Assembly (NCBI GenBank): GCA_963555985.3
Contig: OY820591.1
Coordinates: forward strand, 1,504,001 to 1,568,000
DNA: 64,000 nucleotides
Direction: 5' to 3'
DNA from: Dehalococcoidia bacterium
GTDB lineage: Bacteria > Chloroflexota > Dehalococcoidia > Bin125
The notes under the pieces: generated by a model
Database searches by the model: none
The model's input: only the letters and a program-made list of their open reading frames with translations
What the model was told of the DNA's origin: nothing
In this document: positions 39,410 through 49,187 of the stretch, one piece after another
Position numbering within the stretch: position 1 is the stretch's first letter
Layout of the letters: every line of letters begins with the position of its first letter
Made by a program: the position numbers and the translations under genes

Positions 39410-40426
39410 TCATTCCCGCGCAGGCGGGAAGGTGGGTTCACATTGCAACTGCAACAACTGCCGACCGAAGACTTCGGCCGGGGAGAGGTAGTCGAGGCAC
39501 TGGCGGGGGGTGTTGTTGTACAACTGCAGCACTTCGATCAAACGCGCGAGGCTGAGTTGGGCGAGGTCGAGCCGGCGCGGCAGGACCCGGCGCAGGCGTC
39601 CGATCGCATTCTCGATCCCGCCCTTCTGCCAGGGCGCGTAGGGGTCGCAGAAGAAGGTCTCCACGCCCAGCCGGTGCAGTTCGTAGTGGCGGGCGAACTC
39701 GGTCCCGTTGTCGAACGCGACCGTGCGCCGCAGGGCGGGCGGCCAGGCGCGGAGCAGGCTGAGCAGCAGGCGCGCGACCGGAGCGGCCGCCTTGCCCGCC
39801 ACGGGCAAGCCCACGAGCAGCCGCGAGGAGCGCTCGTGCAGCATCAGCAGGAGCGGACCGCCGCGCCCGAAGAGCATCAGGTCGGCCTCCCAGTGACCGG
39901 CTTCGAGCCGCCCGGCGGCCGCCGCCGGGCGCTCGCTCAGGGGCCGCCGCAGTTGGATGCGCTCGACCGAACTGCCGCCTTTGCGCCCGCGCCAACCGCG
40001 TTTCGCCTTGCGCCGCGGCAGATACTGGCGCCAACCGCCGCCGCGGCCGGGCTTGGCCCGCGAGGCTTGGGCGTAGATGAAGCGGTAGATGCTCTCGTGC
40101 GAGATCACCGGCGCGCCCGCCTCGCGCGCCAGCCGGCCTGCGACCTGTTGCGGCGAGAGCCCGCGGGCCAACTCGCGCAGCACCCGCGCGCGCAGCTGAT
40201 CGTCGCGTTCCAGCCGCGAACCGCGCCAGCGCCGCGCCTGGGCCTGTTGCTGGGCGTAGTCGGGACGGTAGCCGTCGCGCGCCGTGTTGCGTTTCAGCTC
40301 TCGAGCAATCGTCGATGGCGAGCGATCCAGAGCTGCAGCGATCTGCCGGATCGAGCGCCCCTCGGCCTGTAAGCGGGCAACCGCGCATCGCTCCGCCAGG
40401 TCCAACTGCGTGTACTGCGCGCCCAT
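39410..40426 (-). CDS. IS30-family DDE transposase
   Basis: HTH (RSPSTIARELKRN), ISHESIYRFIY, HWEAD, DNGTEF, WQKGGIEN. Confidence 0.96.
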   Translation of the reverse strand: MGAQYTQLDLAERCAVARLQAEGRSIRQIAAALDRSPSTIARELKRNTARDGYRPDYAQQQAQARRWRGSRLERDDQLRARVLRELARGLSPQQVAGRLAREAGAPVISHESIYRFIYAQASRAKPGRGGGWRQYLPRRKAKRGWRGRKGGSSVERIQLRRPLSERPAAAAGRLEAGHWEADLMLFGRGGPLLLMLHERSSRLLVGLPVAGKAAAPVARLLLSLLRAWPPALRRTVAFDNGTEFARHYELHRLGVETFFCDPYAPWQKGGIENAIGRLRRVLPRRLDLAQLSLARLIEVLQLYNNTPRQCLDYLSPAEVFGRQLLQLQCEPTFPPARE

Positions 40427-40470
40427 GGGCTCACCTCAATCATCTGTCGCACTTCGTCTGTGAGACTAGG
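39431..40470 (-). mobile_element. IS30-family insertion sequence (about 1040 bp)
   Basis: Imperfect terminal IRs (GGTGGGTTCACATTGCAACTGCAACA / TGTCGCACTTCGTCTGTGAGACTAGG); GAA direct repeat at 39428-39430 and 40471-40473. Confidence 0.85.
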
Positions 40471-40602
40471 GAATCCATACGGCGTCTCGAGTGGGATGCG
40501 AATTCCCGCTTTCGCGAGCATGACGAAACGTGCAGATCGGGAGTAATGCAACAGCCTGCCCCGCGCAAGCAGAGGACAGGAACGCCCAAAGACGCACCGC
40601 TC

Positions 40603-41298
40603 TCAAGTCGCCGCCTGAGCCTCGCCCCCGCGTCCCGCAAACCACGCCCGCGTGTTCCCGGCAATCTCTTCCGGCAACTGCGGCAACACTTCCCCCAGCA
40701 GCCTCAAATCCGCCGGCGTATCAAGGTCGTACGCCCACACATCGATCTGCGCAAGCCGATACGGAACCCCGGCCTCTCCCGCCGCCGCCGCCGCCTGCGC
40801 ATGAGCCCGAGCCGACGATGGCCCGAACTGAGGACGAATCACGCCCGGAGGCCGCAGAAAGAGACCGTTCGTCCCTCCGTTGTGAGCCGGCGCAACCACA
40901 ATCGCCGGACCGTCCGGTGCCGTCGCCACCACCAGATCAACCGCGTCGGGCGTGAGCAATGGCACATCCGCCGGTACCACCAGCAGCGCCTCCGCATCAG
41001 CGAGCGCTGCCTGCGCGTATTCGACTGCGCGGTTGTATCCGAGTTGCAAGGCCGTCTGGTCAAGAAACTCCACGCCCAGACGTGCCGCTTCATCCCGCGC
41101 CGCCGCATCCCGAGACGCAATCACGACCCGATCAATCCGCTCCGCTCCCGCCAATGCCGCAACCACATCGTCAAGCATCGCCCGCACCAACGAGTTGCGC
41201 GCAGGCACGTCCAGCAGCGCAGCCAGCCGTCGCTTGCCCGCCGGCAGCCCGCGCACCGGCACGACCGCGACGATCTCCCCAGCCGAAGCCCCGCTCAC
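40603..41298 (-). CDS. cofC: 2-phospho-L-lactate/PEP guanylyltransferase (F420 biosynthesis)
   Basis: VPVR...KRRL, AMLDDV, PADVP, GGTNGL, FGPSS, DLDTPADL. Confidence 0.92.
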   Translation of the reverse strand: MSGASAGEIVAVVPVRGLPAGKRRLAALLDVPARNSLVRAMLDDVVAALAGAERIDRVVIASRDAAARDEAARLGVEFLDQTALQLGYNRAVEYAQAALADAEALLVVPADVPLLTPDAVDLVVATAPDGPAIVVAPAHNGGTNGLFLRPPGVIRPQFGPSSARAHAQAAAAAGEAGVPYRLAQIDVWAYDLDTPADLRLLGEVLPQLPEEIAGNTRAWFAGRGGEAQAAT

Positions 41299-42254
41299 CG
41301 AGACCCGCCTTCAGCCGCCAGTTGGAGCGCAGCCTCAATCGTCGCCTCGGCAAGGCTGCGCTTCGCCGAAATGTCCGTCATCAGCGTAGGCAGAGCAATG
41401 CAGTGAAGCTCCGTCTCATCCATGACCTGCGTCACGATCGCCGCGTCTTCCTGATCCAGAATGAAGAGCTCGGCGAGACCGTCGTACAGCCGCGCAACCC
41501 CGAGCGCCGACACGTCATGCTCGAGCGAGCGCAGAATATCCGCCGCCGGCCCCTTCACCGCCGCCCCGCCGATAATCGGGCTGATCGCAACCACCGGCGC
41601 CGCCGCATCCAGAATCGCCCCGCGAAGACCCGGCACCGCCAGCAGTGGCTCAATGCTCAGGAACGGGTTGCTCGGCGCAATCACAATCACGTCCGCGTTG
41701 CCAATCGCCTCAAGCACGCCAGGAGCCGGACGCGACTCCGCTGCCCCACTGAAGCGCAGGCTGCGCACCGCATCCGCCGCCCGTCGCCGCACAAAGTAAT
41801 CTTGAAACGCGAGTTCCCCTTCGTCGGTCTGCACCACGGTGCGCAAGCGATCATTCGTCACCGGCGTAATCCGCACGTCAATGCCCAGATTCGCAGCGAG
41901 ATCGGCGCTGATCTCCGAGAGCGCATCGCCATCCTGCAAGCGCTGAGTGCGGTAGAGATGAGTCGCCAAATCAAGATCGCCAATCATGAACCAGTCAGGG
42001 CCGCCCAACTCGCTCAGCCGATCAAGCGTGCGCCGGCTCTCGCCCACCAGACCCCACCCCGTCTCGGGGTTCACCAGCCCGGCCAACGTGTACGTGACCG
42101 TGTCCAGATCAGGCGAGATATGCAGCCCAGCCCATTCCATATCGTCGCCGACGTTGACAATCGCCGTCACATCGGCCGGATCCAGCACCGCGATCAGCCC
42201 ATCCAGGAATCGGGCCGCGCCCACCCCGCCCGCAAGCACCGCCGCACGGGTCAT
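41295..42254 (-). CDS. cofD: 2-phospho-L-lactate transferase (F420 biosynthesis)
   Basis: LAGGVGAARF, NVGDD, SPDLDTV, GDLDLATH, FQDYFV, PSNPFLSI. Confidence 0.96.
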   Translation of the reverse strand: MTRAAVLAGGVGAARFLDGLIAVLDPADVTAIVNVGDDMEWAGLHISPDLDTVTYTLAGLVNPETGWGLVGESRRTLDRLSELGGPDWFMIGDLDLATHLYRTQRLQDGDALSEISADLAANLGIDVRITPVTNDRLRTVVQTDEGELAFQDYFVRRRAADAVRSLRFSGAAESRPAPGVLEAIGNADVIVIAPSNPFLSIEPLLAVPGLRGAILDAAAPVVAISPIIGGAAVKGPAADILRSLEHDVSALGVARLYDGLAELFILDQEDAAIVTQVMDETELHCIALPTLMTDISAKRSLAEATIEAALQLAAEGGSR

Positions 42255-42607
42255 CCTGCTGCCTCCGCTCGCAAAAGCGCCCGATCCACACTGAGCGTCA
42301 GTCTGTATTCACCGTCTTCAGCTTGTTCCGCCTGGATCTCCACTGAATCAGCGCCCAGTTGCAGCGCCAATGGTTCCAGCTCATCCACATCAGCCGGAGT
42401 CTCCAACAAGATCGCCGCGCTCGCCTCATCCTCCAGCAGAATCAGCTCCGCCTCATCAACCCGGCCCTCCCTGCTCAGCACCAGCCGCAGCATCGCCTCC
42501 AGCGGCCGCTCCTGATGCTCGCCGACCAGTTCCAGGTACCGCCGCCCGTCGAGCTGACGCTCGTCTTCCGCCGCTGCGGCGACCAATTCGATCGTTTCAC
42601 GATTCAT
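42251..42607 (-). CDS. Hypothetical acidic protein coupled to cofD
   Basis: 4-bp overlap with the cofD start; Glu/Leu-rich. Confidence 0.65.
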   Translation of the reverse strand: MNRETIELVAAAAEDERQLDGRRYLELVGEHQERPLEAMLRLVLSREGRVDEAELILLEDEASAAILLETPADVDELEPLALQLGADSVEIQAEQAEDGEYRLTLSVDRALLRAEAAG

Positions 42608-42702
42608 ACCGGCGCTGGCCACGCAGTGAGCCTACAACCCCGTCGCACAACACCCATCCGCGATGGTTGACCAACAGCCTCCCGAGCGTGACGCTGCCAC
42701 TG

Positions 42703-43296
42703 ATGCTGATCGACATGCACACCCACACCTCTGTCTACTCGACGGATAGCAACTTGCTCCCGCACGAAGCAATCGAGCGAGCCGCCGAGCGCGGCTTCGA
42801 CGCGGTCGTGCTCACCGAGCACGACGTCGTCTGGCCGCTCGAACGAACCCAGCATCTATCAGAACAGAGCGGCATTCTGGTCCTCCCGGGCGTCGAAGTA
42901 ACCACCGAACTCGGTCACGTGCTCGTCTACGGCCTGCCCGCCCTCGTACCCCGAATCTCCGACGCACGCCGCCTGCGCAAACTCTGCGACGAGCAGGAAG
43001 CCCTGATGTTCCTCGCCCATCCCGCCCGCGATCCCGGCCTCCGCGTCCCCCGCGACGCGATGGTCCTGTTCGACGGCGTAGAAGGACTCAACGGCTGCGA
43101 CGGCCCCCTGCAAAACCAGAGTGCATCCTCCCGCGGACGAACCAGACCGCTCCCCCCAATCGGCGGCAGCGACTCGCACGCCCTCCACGAAGTCGGCACA
43201 GCCGGCACCGACTTCGAAGCCGAGATCCGAACAGTCGCCGATCTCCTAGCCGCCCTCCGCTCAGGCAACTATCGCCCCGCCGCCCAGCCCTACTAA
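42703..43296 (+). CDS. PHP-domain metallophosphoesterase
   Basis: DMHTHT, LTEHD, GVEVT..GH, AHP, GGSDSH; likely ATG at 42703. Confidence 0.9.
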   Translation: MLIDMHTHTSVYSTDSNLLPHEAIERAAERGFDAVVLTEHDVVWPLERTQHLSEQSGILVLPGVEVTTELGHVLVYGLPALVPRISDARRLRKLCDEQEALMFLAHPARDPGLRVPRDAMVLFDGVEGLNGCDGPLQNQSASSRGRTRPLPPIGGSDSHALHEVGTAGTDFEAEIRTVADLLAALRSGNYRPAAQPY

Positions 43297-43304
43297 ACCG
43301 CAGG

Positions 43305-44009
43305 ATGCCGCCCTTGGGAGGCCCAATGGCAGAGAGCCGCAGCATGAGTTGGAACCCCGTCGAGGATGTCTGCGCCGGTTGCGGCCAACGCACCGCGCCG
43401 CCAAGAATCGCCTGCGCAAATTGCGGCTGCATCCGCGCCGACCGCTCCGGCGCCTACTATCTCGCCCCGCGCCTGAGACGGCTCGCCGCATACATCATGG
43501 ACATCGCAGCGCTAGGGATCGTCGGCTTCGTCGCAAGCGCCTTGCTAGGCGATTGGGTTGATTCAGACGAGGGCGCGCCGATGCTGGAAACGACCGAGCT
43601 GGACGGTTTGCTCAGCGGCATAATTGCGCTGGCCGTTGCCGTTGCCCTCTGGTCGTTCACCCTGCGCCGGGGCCAATCGCCCGGGATGCGGCTGATGAAC
43701 GTGCATGTCCGCCGGCTAGAAGGGGCGATTCCAGCCCCAGGCAGATTCCTGGTGCGCGATCTCTGGCCGATCGCGGTCGGTCTGGCAATCTCGCTGATCG
43801 CGCTACTCACCAGCGACGCAGCCAATTCCACCTTAGGCTGGGTCACCTATGCAGTATTCGCGGTACAGCTGGTGAGCGCAGCCTGGGTCCTGTGGGAGCG
43901 CGATCGGCGGGCATTGCACGACATGGTGTTCGATACCGTGGTGGTCGAAGAGCGCCGGCGACCGCTCTACGACCGGCTCGGCCGGACTCCGGATCAGACA
44001 GGAGACTAA
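43305..44009 (+). CDS. RDD-family membrane protein with N-terminal zinc ribbon
   Basis: CAGC/CANC; RRLAAYIMD, GQSPG, RRALHD; start uncertain. Confidence 0.85.
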   Translation: MPPLGGPMAESRSMSWNPVEDVCAGCGQRTAPPRIACANCGCIRADRSGAYYLAPRLRRLAAYIMDIAALGIVGFVASALLGDWVDSDEGAPMLETTELDGLLSGIIALAVAVALWSFTLRRGQSPGMRLMNVHVRRLEGAIPAPGRFLVRDLWPIAVGLAISLIALLTSDAANSTLGWVTYAVFAVQLVSAAWVLWERDRRALHDMVFDTVVVEERRRPLYDRLGRTPDQTGD

Positions 44010-44036
44010 GCGCGGCAGAACAGCGCAAATTGCGCG

Positions 44037-44795
44037 ATGCTGCGCGGCATGACCCAATCGCTGCGTTCGCAAGAGTGCCCCGCCTGCGGCGAATACCCCG
44101 GCGTCGGCGTCTTCTGCGACGCCTGCGGCGTCCTCAGCTCGCACCCAGAGTCCGGCGACTACGCCGCTCCCTACCTACGCAGGCTCTGGGGCGAGCTACT
44201 CGACCTTGGCCTCTTCCTGCTCCTACCGCTCTGGCTCGCCTGGATGTGGCGCTCCGCCAACGACGGACAGTCTCCAGCCAAATCGCTCCTGAACATGTAC
44301 GTGATCCACGAGTCGGGACAGCCGATCACGCCCCAGCGAATGTGGGTCAGAGAACTGGTCATCAAGCGACTCGCGCTCGGCCTGATCGGTTACGCCCTCA
44401 GCCTCTTAGGGCCGATCATCAACGCCGGCTGGATCCTGCTCAACCCGGATCGCCAGTGCATTCACGACCGCGTCGTCGGCACCCTCGTCGTGGTCCGGCG
44501 CGAAGTCCCCGCGCAGGTCAAATCGCCTAGCGAAGAGAGCGCTCCCGCGACCGTGCGAATGCCGCCGCCCGCGCCCCACGGCCCGCCTATACCAACACCG
44601 AACCGTCCGCCTCCGCCGGCCGTAGCAATCAGCCAACCCAATCCGCCAACCGCACAGCCCGTAAGCGCGCCCTCGTCTCCCGAGTTGGACGCGCTGGAGC
44701 GCGAACGCGGGTCGCTCTCACAGACGGAGTACGAACGCCGCCGCCGCGCCATCCTTCGGCGGCTGGAGGAAGACCCGGCCGCCGAGACCGATTAG
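44037..44795 (+). CDS. RDD-family membrane protein with zinc ribbon and Pro-rich tail
   Basis: CPAC/CDAC; RRLWGELLD, GQSPAK, RQCIHD. Confidence 0.85.
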   Translation: MLRGMTQSLRSQECPACGEYPGVGVFCDACGVLSSHPESGDYAAPYLRRLWGELLDLGLFLLLPLWLAWMWRSANDGQSPAKSLLNMYVIHESGQPITPQRMWVRELVIKRLALGLIGYALSLLGPIINAGWILLNPDRQCIHDRVVGTLVVVRREVPAQVKSPSEESAPATVRMPPPAPHGPPIPTPNRPPPPAVAISQPNPPTAQPVSAPSSPELDALERERGSLSQTEYERRRRAILRRLEEDPAAETD

Positions 44796-47707
44796 CTGCA
44801 ACCGCTGGTCGCCCCGCAGTTCAGACAGCGGAAGCACGAGCCGCTGCGCACCATGATCGACCCGCACTCGGAACAAGGCGGCGCATCAAGCTGGTTCTGG
44901 AAGCCGCTCTCCGCGCCTACCGAGTACTGCTGCGCCGCTGGTTCGGCCACCGCCTGCGAGGCTCGTGCGGGTGTGCCTGACATCACCGGCGAGGGGCCTG
45001 CATCTTCGTCGGCGAGCTTGATCTCCTCCGCGATCGGCATCCGCGCCTGACCGGCAGTCACATCCGCCTGCTCGCTATCGAGATAGCGCTTGCCCATCCA
45101 GCGGAAGACATAGTCGAGGATCGAGTCTGCCTGAGGAATGTCCTTGTTGCGCGTCCAACCGCTCGGCTCGAAGCGCATGTGGCGGAACTTCTTCACCAGC
45201 GTCGAGAGCGGCACACCCGACTGGAGCGCCACCGAGGTCAACGTCCCCACCGCGTCCATCAGTCCCGAAACGGCGGAACCCTCCTTCGAGATATGCACGA
45301 AGACCTCACCTGGGCTGCCGTCGGCGAACTCACCGATCGTCATGTAGCCCTCGTGCTCCCCGATCGTGAACTTGTGCGTGATCGCGGAACGCTCGTCCGG
45401 CAGCCGGTGCCGGCGGTACGCCGGCGGCGATTCCGCATCGTCAATCACCAGCGGCTGATCGGTCGGCGAGGACGGCCCCGCCTGGACCACCTGCACTGAG
45501 GCCTCGACCTCTTCACCGACCTTCGCTCCGTCAACGCGGCGGCCCGTTTCGAGCGGCTGAATCCGCTTCGAATTGTCGCGGTAGATCGCCACCGCCTTCA
45601 CGCCCAGCTTCCAGGACGCGATGTAGGTGTCCATGATCTCCTCAACCGTCGCCTCCTCCGGCACGTTCACGGTCTTGGAGACAGCCCCCGACAGGAACGG
45701 CTGCACCGCGCCCAGCATCCGCACATGCCCCAGCGGAGCGATGCTGCGATCGCCGTTCGCCGACTTGAACGCGCAATCGAAGATCGGCAGGTGCTCTGCG
45801 AACAGATCCTCCGCGCCCTCGATCGTGCCTTCCCGGTCGATGTGAGAGACGATCCGCTCAATCGCCGCATCGTCATACCCCAACCGCGTCAGCGCCGCCG
45901 GAACCGTGCGGTTGACGATCTTGAGATAGCCCCCGCCCGAGAGATTCTTGTACTTGACCAGCGCGATGTCCGGCTCCACGCCCGTCGTGTCGCAGTCCAT
46001 CATGAACGCAATCGTGCCGGTCGGCGCGAGCAGGCTCGCCTGCGCATTGCGGTAGCCGTGCAACTCACCCAGACGAATCGCCTGCTCCCAAACCTCGGTC
46101 GCGGCCTGCCGGATCGGGTCCGGCACGCTGTCCAGTCCGTCAATCCGGTCGACCGCTGCGCGATGCTTGCGCATCACGCGCAGGAACGGCGAACGATTCT
46201 CCGCGTATCCGTCGAACGCGCCGATCCGCTCTGCAATCCGCGCCGACTGCAAGTACCCCTCGCCGGTCATCAGCGCCGTCACGGCCGCGGCAAGCGCCCG
46301 CCCCGCCGCAGAGTCATAGGGAAGCCCGCGCGCCATCAACAGCGCGCCCAGGTTCGTGTAGCCCAGACCGAGCGGACGGAACCGCTCAGAGTTCTCGGCG
46401 ATCAACTCCGACGGATAGGAAGCGTTGGAGACGATGATCTCCTGCGCCGTGATCATCACCCGGCAGGCATGGCCGTACGACTCCACGTCGAACGTGTGCG
46501 TCTCCAGGTCATAGAACTTGAGCAGGTTCAGCGATGCGAGATTGCAGGCCGAGTCGTCCAGGAACATGTACTCCGAGCACGGATTCGAGGCGTAGATGCG
46601 GTCCGTCCCGCTGCACGTGTGCCAGTCGTTGATCACGCCGTCGAACTGCATCCCCGGATCGCCGCACTGGTGCGTCGCCTGCGCAATCGCGCGCAGAATC
46701 TCCCGAGCCGGAATCCGGTCGACTGGTTCGCCGCTGGTCACCATCCGCGTCACCCACGGCTGATCCGCTTCCACCGCCTGCATGAACTGGTCCGACACGC
46801 GCACCGAGTGATTGGCGTTCTGGAACGAGACCGACGAGTACGCCTCACCGTTCAGCGCCCCGTCATAGCCCGCGTCGATCAACGCCCACGCCTTGCGCTC
46901 CTCGTCCGCCTTGCTGTTGATGAACTCGAGCACGTCCGGGTGGTCGTCATTGAGGATGATCATCTTCGCCGCGCGGCGCGTCTTGCCGCCCGACTTGATC
47001 ACGTTGGCGAAGGCGTCGTACCCGCGCATGAACGAGACCGGGCCGGAAGCCATCCCGCCCCCTGCGAGCGACTCCTTGCTCGAACGCAGCGTGGACAGAT
47101 TCGAGCCGGTCCCGCTGCCCCACTTGAACAGCAGCGCCTCGCGCCGCGCCAAGTCCATGATCGACTCCATCGTGTCCTCGACCGAGTTGATGAAGCAGGC
47201 CGAGCACTGCGGCTTGGCCTCCACCCCCACGTTGAACCAGACCGGGCTGTTGAACGCCGCGTACTGGTGGATCAGCAGGAAGCGCAACTCGTTCGCAAAG
47301 GCCGAGGACGCCGCCGCATCTGTGAAATAACCGCCCTCGCGCCCCCACTGTGTGATCGTCTCCACCACCCGGTCGACCAGCGTCTTCATCGAAGTCTCGC
47401 GCTCGGGCGAGTCCATCCCGCCCCAGAAATACTTCGACGCGACGATGTTGGTCGCCGTCTGCGACCAGAATGAAGGCGTCTCGACATCCTCCTGCTCGAA
47501 GATGATGTCTCCGTTGTCCGCCGTGATCGCCGCAGTCCGGTACGTCCACTCGATCTGCGCATAGACGTCTTCCCCAGGCTGGGTGAAGTGGCGCGGGATC
47601 AATGGTTCGCGCATGGCGCGGCCGGCAGGCAAGGGAGCACTCGCCGCCTCAGCCGGCGCTGCGTCGGCGATGGTCGATTCGTCGTGGCTCTCGATTGGCG
47701 ACGACAT
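44792..47707 (-). CDS. nrdJ: Class II (adenosylcobalamin-dependent) ribonucleotide reductase
   Basis: FNSPVWFN, QCSACFI, SNPCSE, APTGTI, SKTVN; TSCPD-like domain and C-terminal CxxC..CxxC..GCS. Confidence 0.96.
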   Translation of the reverse strand: MSSPIESHDESTIADAAPAEAASAPLPAGRAMREPLIPRHFTQPGEDVYAQIEWTYRTAAITADNGDIIFEQEDVETPSFWSQTATNIVASKYFWGGMDSPERETSMKTLVDRVVETITQWGREGGYFTDAAASSAFANELRFLLIHQYAAFNSPVWFNVGVEAKPQCSACFINSVEDTMESIMDLARREALLFKWGSGTGSNLSTLRSSKESLAGGGMASGPVSFMRGYDAFANVIKSGGKTRRAAKMIILNDDHPDVLEFINSKADEERKAWALIDAGYDGALNGEAYSSVSFQNANHSVRVSDQFMQAVEADQPWVTRMVTSGEPVDRIPAREILRAIAQATHQCGDPGMQFDGVINDWHTCSGTDRIYASNPCSEYMFLDDSACNLASLNLLKFYDLETHTFDVESYGHACRVMITAQEIIVSNASYPSELIAENSERFRPLGLGYTNLGALLMARGLPYDSAAGRALAAAVTALMTGEGYLQSARIAERIGAFDGYAENRSPFLRVMRKHRAAVDRIDGLDSVPDPIRQAATEVWEQAIRLGELHGYRNAQASLLAPTGTIAFMMDCDTTGVEPDIALVKYKNLSGGGYLKIVNRTVPAALTRLGYDDAAIERIVSHIDREGTIEGAEDLFAEHLPIFDCAFKSANGDRSIAPLGHVRMLGAVQPFLSGAVSKTVNVPEEATVEEIMDTYIASWKLGVKAVAIYRDNSKRIQPLETGRRVDGAKVGEEVEASVQVVQAGPSSPTDQPLVIDDAESPPAYRRHRLPDERSAITHKFTIGEHEGYMTIGEFADGSPGEVFVHISKEGSAVSGLMDAVGTLTSVALQSGVPLSTLVKKFRHMRFEPSGWTRNKDIPQADSILDYVFRWMGKRYLDSEQADVTAGQARMPIAEEIKLADEDAGPSPVMSGTPARASQAVAEPAAQQYSVGAESGFQNQLDAPPCSECGSIMVRSGSCFRCLNCGATSGCS

Positions 47708-47992
47708 CTGTCATTCCTCCCTCACTCATTTCGACGGAGCATCGCGCACGGGCGGACACTAGGGAGCGCACCGCCAAGAGGCGCAATGTCTAGGCGATCC
47801 ATTGTGGAGCTTTGGCGCGCACTCTCTCTACATCCCGGCTGGCAGTGATGCAGAGTTGCTTCCCTTATGACAATACCGAGCGCTTGCATAGGCACGTGAT
47901 CATTTCCCTCTCGGAATGTCCGTTCGGTCAGTAAGTCCAGATTACCACCCGCAGTTAGACTTGGCACCAACGCAGAAGCGGAAGGTGCAGCT

Positions 47993-49051
47993 TTGGACGC
48001 TCCGATCCATCTCCCCCTGTTTCCCACAGGCATCGGCTCAACTCGTCACCGAGACGCGACGACAGCGGTCCCCGAAGTACTCGACGGCTACTGGCGCATG
48101 CCCTTTTGGCCCCAGCTGCCCAATCGGGTAGCCGAAGAAGCAATGCTGCCCCAGGCCGGTCTCGGACTGCCCGGAGCTTCCTGGGATGGGCATTATGTGA
48201 ACTGGTCGGGAAGCCTCTCGGACCAGGACATCCAGGCCGCAGCCCTCCCGCCCGCCGAGCGCGCCGCCGGTCTGCACGAACTGCTCGCCCGCTTGCCAAA
48301 TATCCCCGAAGAACGCAAGTCCAAAGTCGTGAAAGGCCAGATCGTCGGCCCAATCACCCTCGCCCGCTGGAGCCGAGGAGCCGACGGACGCGCCCCATTC
48401 GAGGATCTCAAGGGTCTCGAACGACTCGCCGCTTGGCTCGGACAAGCCGCCATGCGCCAGGCCCAGGCCCTCCAACGCCTCGGTTACCAGGTCGTCTTGA
48501 TGTTCGACGAACCCGAACTCGCCGCCGTCGGCGAACCCGCCCTCCCGCTCCGCTGGCGCGAGGTCACTCCCGTCCTCCGGGCCGCGCTCGAACCGGTGCA
48601 GCGTGTCGGCGCGCTCGCCGGCATCCACTGTTGCGCCTCGCCCAACTGGACGCGCATCCTCGACTCGCGCCCCAACCTGATCCACTTCGACGGACGCGAA
48701 GGACACGTAGACGACGCAATCGCTCACCGCACCGCCATCCGCGAACACGTCGCCCGCGGCGGCTACCTCGGCTGGGGTCTCTGGCCCACCGATGGCTCGT
48801 CAACAGACTTCGACTCGCGCGAGATGCAGTACTTCCTCGCCCGCGCCGCGCGCGAACTCTCTTTCGTTGACGCCAGCGTCGGCCTGATCTTCAAGCGCTC
48901 AATCCTCACCGGAGTCTGCGGAGGCGCCGGCCTGTCCGCCGAGCTCGAACAGCGAGTAGCCCAGGACCTGGAAGACCTCTCAATGGGCATCCGCCGCCGC
49001 TACTGGATCGCCGCCACCACCGACGTAGACCCCGACAACCCCCTCACCTGA
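47993..49051 (+). CDS. Core methionine synthase-like protein (MetE C-terminal fold)
   Basis: TGIGS, WPQLP, KGQIVGPIT, FDEP, IHCC, VCG; TTG start. Confidence 0.72.
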   Translation: MDAPIHLPLFPTGIGSTRHRDATTAVPEVLDGYWRMPFWPQLPNRVAEEAMLPQAGLGLPGASWDGHYVNWSGSLSDQDIQAAALPPAERAAGLHELLARLPNIPEERKSKVVKGQIVGPITLARWSRGADGRAPFEDLKGLERLAAWLGQAAMRQAQALQRLGYQVVLMFDEPELAAVGEPALPLRWREVTPVLRAALEPVQRVGALAGIHCCASPNWTRILDSRPNLIHFDGREGHVDDAIAHRTAIREHVARGGYLGWGLWPTDGSSTDFDSREMQYFLARAARELSFVDASVGLIFKRSILTGVCGGAGLSAELEQRVAQDLEDLSMGIRRRYWIAATTDVDPDNPLT

Positions 49052-49117
49052 GCTTGCCCCGCCGCTCCCGTATTCTTCGTTCCCCGCGAACGGAGCCCTT
49101 TGCCTAAACCAAAGATC

Positions 49118-49187
49118 GTCATACCCGCGCTTGTCGCGGGTATCTCGCCGTGATCTGCACCGTCGTCGCTCACACGGCGAGATTGCC
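49118..49187. repeat. REP-like palindromic element, family 1
   Basis: GTCATACCCGCG-CTTGT-CGCGGGTAT hairpin plus CTCGCCGTG...CACGGCGAG hairpin shared with 2345-2388. Confidence 0.85.

Noticed and set aside
44792-47707. Intein or intron in nrdJ
   Set aside because: Continuous frame, ordinary length, no splice-junction or homing-endonuclease motifs seen.
47781-47840. Possible NrdR boxes upstream of nrdJ (GCGCAATGTCTAGGCG and TCTCTACATCCCGGCT)
   Set aside because: Only partial consensus matches, especially the second; needs a lineage-specific matrix.
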